Source: Opitutales bacterium (GTDB lineage Bacteria; Verrucomicrobiota; Verrucomicrobiia; Opitutales; UBA2987). Taken from it: a DNA stretch of 64,000 nt. Positions 31,633 to 41,746 of the stretch are shown piece by piece. The position numbers and the translations under genes are program-made. The notes under the pieces were generated by a model. That model had not been told where the DNA came from. It saw only the letters and a program-made list of their open reading frames with translations, and did not search any database. The stretch is taken from positions 320,001-384,000 of the forward strand of contig CBDDEL010000012.1 of NCBI GenBank assembly GCA_965226885.1, given 5' to 3'. Each line of letters begins with the position of its first letter. The first letter of the stretch is position 1.

Positions 31633-32499
31633 ATGGAACCTAAGTATAGGCTCAAGGATATGGACACGCAAAGCCACGAAGCGGTGGCTGGAGCAGTGGT
31701 CGAAATCCATCAGGAGATCTTTCCGGGGGCGGACTGGAAATACATCCCACAATATTTCAAGGATGTGGCCGGCATGTTCATGGGCAATTACACGCACTAC
31801 CAGGCCATGGACACCGTTTATCACGACCTCGAGCATACTTTGCAGGCCACCTTGTGCTGGGTCCGCTTGATGGCCAATCGCCACCGGTCGAAAGTCGAGC
31901 CGATGATGACCCCGAAGGATTTTCAGATAGGTTTTGTCGGCATCCTCATGCACGATGTCGGATACCTGAAGGAAGAGGACGATGACGAAGGGACCGGAGC
32001 CAAGTTTACCTTTGTCCACAAAAGACGCAGCTGTGAATTTGCGGACATGTATCTGGAAGAGCAAGGATGGCCCAAAAAAAGCATTTTCGCCGTCCAGCAC
32101 CTCATCAGCTGCACTGGGCCTCGCAGCCTCATCGATGCCATACCTTTTTACAACAAATTGGAAAAAATCATGGGCATGGCGGTGTGCACGGCGGATTATC
32201 TGGGGCAAATGAGCGACCCCAAATACATTAAAAAATTGCCCGTCCTCTTCCTGGAGTTTGAGGAATCCGATGACTATCGCGAAATCGCCAAAGAGGATCG
32301 CATTTTCAAAAGCTGTGACGAATTGCTCCGGGGCACGCCTTTTTTCTGGTTCAATATCGTCATCCCAAAACTCGATAACGACTGCGAATCTCTCTACAAA
32401 TTTCTGGCCGAACCGTATCCCGACGGCATCAACTCATACGTGCTGGAAATCGAGAGCAATGTGGATACAGTCAAGGAAATGATGGGCATAACTGCCTGA
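31633..32499 (+). CDS. HD-domain metal-dependent phosphohydrolase
   Basis: YHDLEHT...MHDVGY...TADYLGQM. Confidence 0.75.
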   Translation: MEPKYRLKDMDTQSHEAVAGAVVEIHQEIFPGADWKYIPQYFKDVAGMFMGNYTHYQAMDTVYHDLEHTLQATLCWVRLMANRHRSKVEPMMTPKDFQIGFVGILMHDVGYLKEEDDDEGTGAKFTFVHKRRSCEFADMYLEEQGWPKKSIFAVQHLISCTGPRSLIDAIPFYNKLEKIMGMAVCTADYLGQMSDPKYIKKLPVLFLEFEESDDYREIAKEDRIFKSCDELLRGTPFFWFNIVIPKLDNDCESLYKFLAEPYPDGINSYVLEIESNVDTVKEMMGITA

Positions 32500-32560
32500 A
32501 TGAGGGCTGTTGTTTTAAGATAGACAGACGTTTCTTTGTCCCGTTAAATCATTCCGCTTT

Positions 32561-34121
32561 ATGCTGGCGGTAGTATCATCGGGCACACTACAGGGAATTG
32601 ACGCAATTTCCGTCCAGGTCGAAGTCAATACCGGAGAAAGCGGCGAACCGAGGATGATTCTGGTGGGCCTCCCCGGGGCGGCCGTGAAGGAGTCCAACGA
32701 TCGGGTTGTTTCCGCCATAACCAACAGCGGATGGCGGGCCCCCACCACCCGTACAACCATCAACCTGGCGCCGGGCAGCATCCGCAAAGAGGGTCCCGTT
32801 TACGATTTGCCCATAGCCTTGGGCATACTGGCCTCCACCGGGCAATTGACGGCCCCCCGTCTGGGTGACTATCTTATCGCTGGAGAACTCAGCCTTTCAG
32901 GCAAAACCCGGCCGATTAAAGGGGCTCTCCCCCTCGCTCTGCTGGCCAAAGAGGAAAAAAAATCCGGCATTATCCTGCCCCCCATATCGGCTGAAGAAGC
33001 CACCTTGGTGGAAACTCAACCCGTTTACAAAGTCCATTCCCTGGACGAGGCGGTGCTTTTTCTTTCCGGCAAAAAAATGCTCCCGCGGGTCAAGCCGACG
33101 CTATACGCCCGACCCGGAGAGCAGGCCGGGGCCAGCGGTTACGACCGTGATTTTTCTGAAATCCGGGGCCAGCAAAACGTTCGGCGAGCCGTCGAAATAG
33201 CCGTCACGGGAGGCCATAATATGCTTATGATCGGCCCACCCGGATCAGGCAAATCGATGATTTCAAAACGCATTCCGACTATCTTTCCGGAGCCGACGAT
33301 GGAAGAATTCCTGGAAATTCTGAGCATCCGCTCCGCATCCGGGAATACTTTGAACGACAAACTTAAGCCGTTCCAGCGGCCTTTCCGCTCCCCGCACCAC
33401 ACCATCAGCGATGTGGGGTTGCTGGGCGGTGGCGCCATTCCCGGCCCCGGAGAGATTTCCCTGGCCCACCACGGGGTGCTCTTTCTGGACGAATTGCCGG
33501 AGTTCAAGCGCTCGGCCCTGGAGGTCCTCCGCCAGCCGCTGGAGGATGGATATGTCACCATTTCCCGCAGCGCGGCCAAGATCACCCTGCCGTGCTCCTT
33601 CATGCTGGTGGCCGCTATGAACCCCTGCCCCTGAGGTTATTTGGGCGATCATCGCAGAGAGTGCCGGTGCACACCGCCGCAAATCCAGCGTTACCGCACA
33701 AGTATTAGCGGGCCGCTACTGGACCGGGCCGCTACTGGACCGCATTGATATCCATGTGGAAGCTCCCTCCCTTTCCATCGGCGAATTGCGCAAAGATACT
33801 CCGGCGGAGGCCTCTGAACCCATGCGCAACCGCATCGCCGAAGCCAGGTGCATTCAGCAAAAACGCTTCCACGGCAGCAGGATTCACTGCAACGGCCGCA
33901 TGAGCCAGTCCCACCTGAAAAAGAATTGCCGGATCAGCTCCACTTCGGGCGATTTGCTGCAGCAAGCCATGGAGCAACTGCACCTCTCGGCCCGAGCCTA
34001 CGACCGCATCCTCAAGGTTTCCCGCACCATCGCGGACCTGGCCGATTCCGAAAATATCGAAACTCCCCACCTGCTCGAAGCCATCCAATACCGCAGCCTG
34101 GACCGCAATATCTTTTATTGA
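32561..34121 (+). pseudogene. comM: ComM/YifB Mg-chelatase-like AAA+ ATPase, interrupted by an in-frame TGA (33632-33634) and a 16-bp tandem duplication (33710-33741)
   Basis: [26 protein letters not shown] and [11 protein letters not shown], then AAMNPCP*GY...ISGPLLDR. Removing one copy of GGGCCGCTACTGGACC restores [10 protein letters not shown]...[18 protein letters not shown]...[10 protein letters not shown]. Confidence 0.9.
33710..33741. repeat. Exact 16-bp tandem duplication GGGCCGCTACTGGACC x2 (frameshifting)
   Basis: Read directly from the sequence. Confidence 0.95.
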
Positions 34122-34159
34122 AACTGAAGCCATAACCCACCTAGGTAAAAAAATTAAAG

Positions 34160-35095
34160 ATGCACAAATACACATTCTTATGCGCCATATTACTATCATT
34201 GAACATCTGCGCCGGAGCCGATTCATCCGATTATCCAAAGGCCAAAATCGCCGTTTTGGGCGGCACTTTCCTCAATGACGCCATGTTCGACTCGGGTTAT
34301 TTAAAGGAGAGTTTCACCATCGAGACCAGGGCCGGAACCTCTCCCGAGATTCACTACGGCGAGGTCCAAGAGACGCCATTTTATTACATCCACGGGCATG
34401 GCGGCGGCAAATGGGTGGAAACCTTCGCCGCTCTCTATGAATTGGGAGTGAAAGAGCTCATTGGCGGCGCCACGGCCGGCTCCCTCAATCCCTTGCTCAA
34501 CGATTTCGACCTCATCCTGCCGAACGACATCATTGATTTTAACACGACCCGAAAACCCTATATTGTTCCGCAGGTAATGGGCCCCGATGCGCGCGTCACG
34601 GCCCGCATGAACCCGGCAACCGATCCGCTTTTGAGGCAAATTTTGCTCGAAGAAGGCCGGCGCGCACTGCGTTCCAGGGAGGATTTAATCGACGTTAACA
34701 TTCTGAACGGAGGTACTCTCGTACAAGCCCGCGGGGGGCGTTTTGAAAGCCCCGCCGAGATAAGATTCTTCAAAAACTCGGGGGGAGACCTGGTAACCAT
34801 GAACAATGGCACGGAAATGTCCTACGCCCGGCAACTGGGCATCCATTACGCGTGTATGAACCTTATTTCGAACCCGGCCGAAAGTCTTGGGGATTGGGAA
34901 TGGTCCGGCCTTGCGCGCATCTACCAGCGGATGAACCCCGTCTGCCTGAAAATCGTGGCCGCCGCCATTCCGCGCATCGCCGCCATCGAGGAGGGAACCC
35001 CCAGAGTGATGGACAAACTTCTGCGCATGAAACAAAATTTCACCTACAAAAAGAACCCCGAGGAAGCCGAAGAGCGCCCATTTGCGGTGGAATAA
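34160..35095 (+). CDS. MTAP/purine nucleoside phosphorylase family protein with a predicted signal peptide
   Basis: IAVLGGT, ATAGSL, GGRFESPAEI, GDLVTM and ISNPAE; N-terminus MHKYTFLCAILLSLNICAGA. Confidence 0.75.
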   Translation: MHKYTFLCAILLSLNICAGADSSDYPKAKIAVLGGTFLNDAMFDSGYLKESFTIETRAGTSPEIHYGEVQETPFYYIHGHGGGKWVETFAALYELGVKELIGGATAGSLNPLLNDFDLILPNDIIDFNTTRKPYIVPQVMGPDARVTARMNPATDPLLRQILLEEGRRALRSREDLIDVNILNGGTLVQARGGRFESPAEIRFFKNSGGDLVTMNNGTEMSYARQLGIHYACMNLISNPAESLGDWEWSGLARIYQRMNPVCLKIVAAAIPRIAAIEEGTPRVMDKLLRMKQNFTYKKNPEEAEERPFAVE

Positions 35096-35189
35096 CCAGA
35101 ATCTTTAAAAAAGGGTGAAGTGGCCGGGGCAAATGAAGGATCACCGAAAAAGAATGAAAGGTATGGGCATAGTTTTCGACTATTCGTAG

Positions 35190-35846
35190 ATGAACAATAT
35201 AATAAAAAAGCATAAGTTATCTCTATTGATTAATCGAAAAACCCTCATCTTTTCTTTGATTGTTCCCATACTATTTTTTACCGGTTCAAGTTATGGTGCA
35301 AGAAACGACCGGAACGGACCTAGCCATGGGGTGCAAGGCGCGGCAAAAGGAGGGATGGGAGGCGCTGCCTTGGGAGCGTTAATCGGAGCCGCCGCAGGAG
35401 ACGCGGGTAAAGGCGCCGCTATCGGAGCCGTCAGCGGCCTCGTTCTGGGCGGAGCCATGGGCCACTCTCGAGATGTGCGGGAGAATGAAGAGGCGAGATA
35501 CCAGGAACGGTTAGGCCAGGAAAGGGCTTATCAACAAGAAGTTATCGGCATTCGTGAAAGAGAATCTCGTGAATCCAGACAGCGGGCTGAAATTCTGGCC
35601 ATTCAAGAAGGATACAATATCACTCCGACCGAAGTCCGTGCGGCTCAAAAACGAGCCGATGAAGCGGAAAGACGACTGAATAAACTCCAGGCTGAGGTAG
35701 CAAATGCCAAAACGCGGGATAATTCCCTTAAAGAAGCAATCGAGCGAGAGGAAGAAGCCGAGGCAAAAATTCGAGAACTCAAGGCCCAGCTTGAAGCCTT
35801 GAAAAAAGCGAATGAGGAGGGGGAAAGTCCCGAATCCTCATATTGA
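35190..35846 (+). CDS. Exported glycine-zipper protein with C-terminal coiled coil
   Basis: Signal peptide, GAAKGGMGGAALGALIGAAAGDAGKGAAIGA and an E/R/K-rich heptad tail. Confidence 0.75.
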   Translation: MNNIIKKHKLSLLINRKTLIFSLIVPILFFTGSSYGARNDRNGPSHGVQGAAKGGMGGAALGALIGAAAGDAGKGAAIGAVSGLVLGGAMGHSRDVRENEEARYQERLGQERAYQQEVIGIRERESRESRQRAEILAIQEGYNITPTEVRAAQKRADEAERRLNKLQAEVANAKTRDNSLKEAIEREEEAEAKIRELKAQLEALKKANEEGESPESSY

Positions 35847-35887
35847 CCTAGCCCAAATCCCAAAGGGGACAGGTGAATGCGTGTTCT

Positions 35888-37123
35888 TCATGCGGCCGAG
35901 GTGGAAAATGATTTGGGCAGGGTTATGCTGCCCGTGGCCAGTTTCATGAGGAAAAGAGCGGTTAGCCGGATGCGTTCGGGCAGGCTGTCGAGGTAAACGT
36001 GTTCTTTGTCGCTGTGTATGTCCCCTACGCGCACGCCGAGGGTGTCGAGGGTGGGCAGACCGGCAACGGCCAGGTTGTTGCCATCGCTGCAACCTCCTGA
36101 ATCCCGCCAGTCGAGGCTCATCCCGAGGTCGCGGGCGCAGTGGTCGCGGGCGCAGTGGTCGCGGGCGCAGTCTTTGTAAAAACCGAAAAGCTGCTCAATT
36201 TGCGGAGTCAATTCCTTGGGAGGCCGGTTGAAGGTTCCGTCCATTTCCAAGTGGAGGTCTTCCTGCCGATTGGCTTTGCACAACAGCTCCCGGATACAAT
36301 TTTGAATAACGGCAATATCCTCACAACGGTCGATGCGAATATTGAACTGGGCGGCAGCGTACTCGGGAACGATGTTTACCGGTCCGCCACCGGAAATATT
36401 TCCCACGTTAAAAATGGCCCCGGGAATTTCTCCGTTCAACCTTTGAACCTCAGAAACAAAATTGCAGAGCGCGGCCACGGCGTTGCGACCAAGTGAAAAA
36501 TCCCGTCCCACGTGAGCAGACTTCCCTTTGGCTGTGACCTTGAATGTGCCCGCTCCCTTGCGCTTGCGGATTAAGGCCCCGTCCCTGAGGGAGGATTCGA
36601 AAACCAGGCCCAGATGATGGCGGCGGGCGGCATCCTGCAAAATCCGGGCGCTGCCGGGAGAGCCGATCTCCTCGTCCGGCCCGATATAGACCTCCCAACC
36701 CAAATTTCCGGCAAAGGGAGCGCGTTCAAAGATTTCCAGCGCCTTCAACATGACGAGGAGCCCGCCCTTCATGTCGGCAACTCCCGGACCGTTGAGTATA
36801 TTTTCATCGATCAGACGGCATTTCTGAAACGGGTGCTCAGGGCCGTAAACCGTGTCCATGTGGCCGTTGAGAAACACTTGCACGGGCGCTTGCGGGCGGC
36901 AGATGAGCTGTAAACCCCGGCCTGGCGTTTGCGCCAATTCCATTTCCCTTATTCGGCCAGGTAAACAGGAGAATCCGGTTTTCAGCGCCTCCATCATACG
37001 GAACAAGCCATCAGGGTTTTGGCTCCCGGAATTGATACCGCACCAGGAGATGAGGAGGTCGCGCATCTCCGCCACTTCCATTTCCGTCTCGATACCTCGC
37101 AAATAGGGTTGAAAATCGTCCAT
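35888..37123 (-). CDS. M20 family metallo-hydrolase (carboxypeptidase G2/desuccinylase-like)
   Basis: GHMDTV, GVADMKGG, DEEIGS, SDGN and IHSDKE; contains an in-frame CARDH x3 expansion. Confidence 0.88.
   Translation of the reverse strand: MDDFQPYLRGIETEMEVAEMRDLLISWCGINSGSQNPDGLFRMMEALKTGFSCLPGRIREMELAQTPGRGLQLICRPQAPVQVFLNGHMDTVYGPEHPFQKCRLIDENILNGPGVADMKGGLLVMLKALEIFERAPFAGNLGWEVYIGPDEEIGSPGSARILQDAARRHHLGLVFESSLRDGALIRKRKGAGTFKVTAKGKSAHVGRDFSLGRNAVAALCNFVSEVQRLNGEIPGAIFNVGNISGGGPVNIVPEYAAAQFNIRIDRCEDIAVIQNCIRELLCKANRQEDLHLEMDGTFNRPPKELTPQIEQLFGFYKDCARDHCARDHCARDLGMSLDWRDSGGCSDGNNLAVAGLPTLDTLGVRVGDIHSDKEHVYLDSLPERIRLTALFLMKLATGSITLPKSFSTSAA
36127..36171. repeat. Exact 15-bp tandem triplication GGTCGCGGGCGCAGT x3 (in frame)
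   Basis: Read directly; encodes CARDHCARDHCARD on the minus strand. Confidence 0.95.
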
Positions 37124-37341
37124 GGTAAACAAAAAGAATGGTTAATACTTGTCAAAGACAAGAGCGGGCAGCGGCCTACTTGCCTATATCCAATTATGCG
37201 GCATTTTCAGGAGAAAATAAAGGCTTGAGTGAGCCATGCAATTCTGAGCTTATATCATGCACAAATTTATTGGCATAGCTAAGCAACGGGAAAACCAAAA
37301 ACGCCAGGAATCTGGCCTTAATACCGGCAATTGAAGGCAGA

Positions 37342-38769
37342 ATGAGTCAAGGCCAACCTTTCAACGAGGCTCCAGAACAGAATGTGGAGGGCCGCCAGGC
37401 TCGTTTGTGGGAAGCCATTCTCCCGGTTGCGGCTTTGATATTTTTCCTCGCCCTCAATATTAAACTTTACGGCGGTGAACCGCATATTCCGCTGGTGCTC
37501 GGCACGGTAGTGGCGGCGATTGTGGGAATTCGTCTGGGTTATTCCTGGAAATTAATTGAGGAGGGCATGGTTAGCGGGATCGTTATTGCCCTCAAGGCGG
37601 TGCTCATTTTGCTCGTAATCGGCATCCTCATTGGCGTCTGGATAGCCAGCGGGGTGGTGCCACTCATGATTTTCTACGGCCTGAAATTGCTCACCCCGGA
37701 AATATTTCTCATCGCCGCTTGTATCATCTGTTCCATCGTATCGCTGGCCACGGGCAGCTCCTGGACGACCGCCGGAACGGTCGGCGTGGCCCTCATCGGG
37801 GTGGGGCAAGGGCTGGGCATGCACCTCGGGATGGTAGCCGAGGCAATTATTTCGGGCGCTTACTTCGGCGATAAAATGTCTCCCCTGTCCGACACCACCA
37901 ACCTGGCCCCGGCAGTGGCCGGTTCCGAGCTTTTCGACCACATTCGCCACATGACCTACACCACAGTCCCGGGCCTAATAATCGCCCTCATTCTCTATGC
38001 CGTGCTGGGGCTAACCGTTAGTGGCAATGGAGAATCTTCGAGCGGTGGAATTGCCCTCATCCTCGACACCATCGACGCGGGTTTCAACCTCAGCCCCCTG
38101 CTGCTGCTGCCGCCGTTGCTGGTTTTCGTCATGGTCATTTACCGGATACCGGCTTTACCCGCCTTGCTGGGGGGAGCCGCCCTGGGGGGAATCCTGGGCA
38201 TGGTTTTTCAGGGTATGAGCCTGGGCGACGTTTTCTCGGTGGCCAAAGACGGCTATGCCGCCACCACCGGAGTAAGCGATGTCGATGCCCTCCTCAGCCG
38301 CGGCGGCATGATCGGGATGATGAACACCATCGCCCTCATCCTCTGCGCCATGTCGTTTGGCGGGATTATGGAAAAAACCGGCATGCTCATGGTGTTGGCC
38401 AATGCCATTTTAAAAATGGCAAAAAGCGCCGGTTCGCTGGTCGCCTCGACGGTGGCCACCTGCGTGGCCATGAACATCATCGCGCCCGACCAATACCTGT
38501 CCATCGTGGTGCCGGGCCGGATGTATCGAGATGCTTTTGAAAAAGCCAACCTGCACCCGAAAAACCTCTCCCGCTGCCTGGAAGACGCCGGCACCCTCAC
38601 CTCGCCGTTAGTGGCCTGGAACACCTGCGCCGTTTACATGTTCGGGGCTCTCGGCGTTTCCCCCTTTGTTTACCTGCCCTTCGCCTTCCTCAACCTGGCC
38701 ACGCCCCTCATCTCCATCTTCTACGGATACACCGGCTGGACCATGCAGCCGCTGAAAGGGAAAGATTAA
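37342..38769 (+). CDS. nhaC: Na+/H+ antiporter NhaC family
   Basis: TGSSWTTAGTVG, SGAYFGDKMSPLSDTTNLA, RGGM and LSRCLEDAGT. Confidence 0.92.
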   Translation: MSQGQPFNEAPEQNVEGRQARLWEAILPVAALIFFLALNIKLYGGEPHIPLVLGTVVAAIVGIRLGYSWKLIEEGMVSGIVIALKAVLILLVIGILIGVWIASGVVPLMIFYGLKLLTPEIFLIAACIICSIVSLATGSSWTTAGTVGVALIGVGQGLGMHLGMVAEAIISGAYFGDKMSPLSDTTNLAPAVAGSELFDHIRHMTYTTVPGLIIALILYAVLGLTVSGNGESSSGGIALILDTIDAGFNLSPLLLLPPLLVFVMVIYRIPALPALLGGAALGGILGMVFQGMSLGDVFSVAKDGYAATTGVSDVDALLSRGGMIGMMNTIALILCAMSFGGIMEKTGMLMVLANAILKMAKSAGSLVASTVATCVAMNIIAPDQYLSIVVPGRMYRDAFEKANLHPKNLSRCLEDAGTLTSPLVAWNTCAVYMFGALGVSPFVYLPFAFLNLATPLISIFYGYTGWTMQPLKGKD

Positions 38770-38793
38770 CAGGAAGAGGAAGTTGTGGCGAAT

Positions 38794-39789
38794 TCATTCC
38801 TCAGCGTCGATCTCGGCGGTGCGGAGGCAGGCGACGTGGCGGCGGTTTTGGTAGTTTTCCAGTTCGGGAATGGTTTGGGCGCAGGCTTCGGTGGCGAAGG
38901 CGCAGCGAGGGTGAAAGGCGCAGCCGCTTGGCGGGTTGATGGGTGAAGGGGGATCGCCCTCCAGCACGAGGCGGGTGCGGGTGCGTTCTTTGTCGGGATC
39001 GGGCACCGGGATGGCGCTGACGAGGGCCTTGGTGTAGGGATGCAAAGGGTTTTCCATGACCTCAGTGGCGTCACCTACTTCCACCAGTTTGCCCAAATAC
39101 ATGACGGCGATGCGGTCGGCGATGTATTTGACCACCGAGAGGTCGTGAGAGATGAAGATCATGGTCAATTCCATCTCCCGGCAGAGTTTCTGGATGAGGT
39201 TTAAAATTTGCGATTGGATGGAGACGTCGAGGGCGGAAACGGGCTCGTCAGCGAGGACGAGTTTGGGCTCGGGGGCGAGGCAGCGGGCGATGGCAATGCG
39301 CTGCCTTTGGCCGCCGGAAAACTCGTGGGGGTATTTTTTCATCTGGGCGGGGGAGAGGCCCACCGTTGACATCAATTTCCCGACCCTGCCCAGCATTTCC
39401 CGGCCCTTGCATTTGTGGCGCGTGTTGATGGCCTCGGCCAGGGTGTTGAATACGGTCATGCGGGGGTTGAGGGAGGCGTAGGGATCCTGAAAAATCATCT
39501 GGAAATTGATGCGCTCGGCCCGCACCTCGGCTTTGCTCAGGCAGCAGAGGTCCCGCCCTTCGAGAACGATGGTTCCGCTGGTCGCAGGCAGTAATTGCAT
39601 GATGGTGCGGGCCAGCGTCGATTTTCCACAGCCGGACTCGCCCACCAAGCCGAGGATTTCCCCCTTTTTCAGACTCAGCGAAATACCGTCAACGGCCTTG
39701 ACGTGGCCGATCACTTTGCGGCGGATGACACCCTTAATAACCGGAAAATGGGTTTTAACGGACTCGAGCGTTAGAAAGGATTCACTCAT
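38794..39789 (-). CDS. oppF: Oligopeptide ABC transporter ATPase
   Basis: GESGCGKST, FQDPYASLNPR, HPYT and PPSGCAFHPRC. Confidence 0.9.
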   Translation of the reverse strand: MSESFLTLESVKTHFPVIKGVIRRKVIGHVKAVDGISLSLKKGEILGLVGESGCGKSTLARTIMQLLPATSGTIVLEGRDLCCLSKAEVRAERINFQMIFQDPYASLNPRMTVFNTLAEAINTRHKCKGREMLGRVGKLMSTVGLSPAQMKKYPHEFSGGQRQRIAIARCLAPEPKLVLADEPVSALDVSIQSQILNLIQKLCREMELTMIFISHDLSVVKYIADRIAVMYLGKLVEVGDATEVMENPLHPYTKALVSAIPVPDPDKERTRTRLVLEGDPPSPINPPSGCAFHPRCAFATEACAQTIPELENYQNRRHVACLRTAEIDAEE

Positions 39790-39814
39790 CTGCGTTTAAA
39801 AATAGAATTATTGT

Positions 39815-40807
39815 TCACATTTCGATGGCTGAGGGGTCTTCCCGCTGGTAACGTAGGCAAGAGGTGCTGTGGTCGGGCTGGAGGTCTTTGAGGATGGTGG
39901 GGGTGCTCGCACAGGGGTCTTCTTTGGCCACCGGGCAGCGTTCGTAAAAGGGGCATCCTGTGAATTCGTGGGAGAGATCGGGCGGCATCCCGGGAATGGT
40001 GTAAAGCTCCCTTCCTTTCTCCTGCAGCGAGGGTATCGATTTGAGCAGCGAGAGGGTGTAAGGGTGGCGGGATCGGTAATAGATTTCGCCGGTAGCGCCG
40101 GATTCGATAATCCTGCCGGCATACATGACGTTAACGCGATCGCAGAAACCGGCCACCACGCCAAGATCGTGCGTGATGAATATAACGGCGGTGCCGAGTT
40201 CCTTCTGGCGTTTTTTAATAAGCTCGAGAATTTGAGCCTGGACGGTCACATCAAGGGCGGTGGAGGGCTCGTCGGCAATCAGGATTTCAGGATGGGTGAT
40301 GAGGGCCATGGCGATCATGACCCGCTGACGCATTCCGCCAGAAAATTCGTGGGGGTAAAAAAGGACCCGCTTGGAGGCGTCCTGAATGCCAACTTCTTCG
40401 AGAGCCGCAATGGCCCTTTTGAGGGCCTCCTTTTTTCCTATTCCCTCGTGAATAAGCAGGGGTTCGATGAGTTGGGTGGAAACCCGCAGGTAGGGGTTGA
40501 GGGACGTCATGGGATCCTGGAAAATCATGGAGATGCGTTTGCCACGGATTTTCCTGAGCGTTTCCTTCGGGCAGCAGAGCAAATCCGTGCCGTCGAAAAT
40601 GGCCCGCCCACTCTCGATCCTGCCCGGCGGCTGCGGGATGAGTCCCATGATGGAATAGCAGGTGACCGATTTTCCGGAGCCGGACTCCCCCACGATGCCC
40701 AGTGTTTCCCCCGGCTCCAGGCTGAAGGAAATGCCGTCCACGGCCCGCACAATGCCATTGCGGGTGTGGAAGTGGGTGGCCAGGTTATCGACTTCGAGCA
40801 GAGGCAT
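39815..40807 (-). CDS. oppD: Oligopeptide ABC transporter ATPase
   Basis: [19 protein letters not shown] and [13 protein letters not shown]. Confidence 0.9.
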   Translation of the reverse strand: MPLLEVDNLATHFHTRNGIVRAVDGISFSLEPGETLGIVGESGSGKSVTCYSIMGLIPQPPGRIESGRAIFDGTDLLCCPKETLRKIRGKRISMIFQDPMTSLNPYLRVSTQLIEPLLIHEGIGKKEALKRAIAALEEVGIQDASKRVLFYPHEFSGGMRQRVMIAMALITHPEILIADEPSTALDVTVQAQILELIKKRQKELGTAVIFITHDLGVVAGFCDRVNVMYAGRIIESGATGEIYYRSRHPYTLSLLKSIPSLQEKGRELYTIPGMPPDLSHEFTGCPFYERCPVAKEDPCASTPTILKDLQPDHSTSCLRYQREDPSAIEM

Positions 40808-40810
40808 TAA

Positions 40811-41728
40811 TTAATCCTTGGAGGAGCGGGGATCAAGGGCGTCGCGCAGGCCGTCGCCAAGAAAGTTGAGGGAAAAGAGGGTGGCCGAGAAAAAGATGGC
40901 CGGGGCGATCAAGAGCCAGGGAAAAACGGTCATGCCGTCGGCGCCTTCCTTGATGAGGACGCCCCAGGAACTCATCGGCGGGGGCACGCCCAGGCCGAGA
41001 AAACTGAGCACCGCTTCTAGCAGCATGACGGCGGGAACCGTCAAAGTGGCGTAAACGATGACCGGTCCGAGCACGTTGGGGATAAGGTGCCGCAGAATGA
41101 TGCGGGTATTGCTGTGCCCAAGGGAAATGGCGGCTTCGACGAATTCCTGTTTTTTCAGGGAGAGGATTTGGCCGCGCACGATTCGAGCCATTGTCAGCCA
41201 TTCGACCGCCCCGATGGCGATAAACAAGAGCACCACGCTGCGTCCGAAGATGACCATCAGCAAAATGACAAAAATGGTGAACGGGAGGGCATAGAGAATA
41301 TCCACGCAACGCATCATAAAGGCGTCCGTCTTGCCGCCCAGATAACCGGAAACGGCCCCGTAAACAACCCCGATAAGGAGGGAAACAGCAGTGGCCAGGA
41401 AGCCCACCCCGAGGGATACCCGCCCCCCATGCAGGATGCGGGTCAACTGGTCCCGGCCTAGCGAATCGGTTCCCAGCCAATGTTCGGCGTTGGGAGGTTG
41501 GGCATTATAGGCAAGGTCTTGCTCCTCATTCGAGTAAGGGGATGCCAGTGGGCCGACCATGCACAAAACAGTCATTAAGATGAAAAAAATCAAACTGGCA
41601 AAGGCGAGGTGATTTTTGCGCAGCCGGTGCCAAGCATCCTTCCAAAGGGAACTACCATCTTCCATTTTCTCAAGCGGGATAACCGGCAGATCTTGCGGGC
41701 TTAATGTTTTCATCGATTCCAGGGACAT
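40811..41728 (-). CDS. oppC: Oligopeptide ABC transporter permease
   Basis: HWLGTDSLGRD, EFVEAA and GDGLRDALDP. Confidence 0.92.
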   Translation of the reverse strand: MSLESMKTLSPQDLPVIPLEKMEDGSSLWKDAWHRLRKNHLAFASLIFFILMTVLCMVGPLASPYSNEEQDLAYNAQPPNAEHWLGTDSLGRDQLTRILHGGRVSLGVGFLATAVSLLIGVVYGAVSGYLGGKTDAFMMRCVDILYALPFTIFVILLMVIFGRSVVLLFIAIGAVEWLTMARIVRGQILSLKKQEFVEAAISLGHSNTRIILRHLIPNVLGPVIVYATLTVPAVMLLEAVLSFLGLGVPPPMSSWGVLIKEGADGMTVFPWLLIAPAIFFSATLFSLNFLGDGLRDALDPRSSKD

Positions 41729-41746
41729 AACGTGGCGGGGCCTCTT

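Noticed and set aside
33632..33634. Genome-wide UGA reassignment (Trp or Gly)
   Set aside because: TGA ends conserved genes at their normal C-termini here (rpmJ2, rpmE2, lolC/E), and the affected position is a Cys column.
37270..37286. Sigma-54-like TGGCAT...GC upstream of nhaC
   Set aside because: Only 9 nt between GG and GC instead of the required 10.
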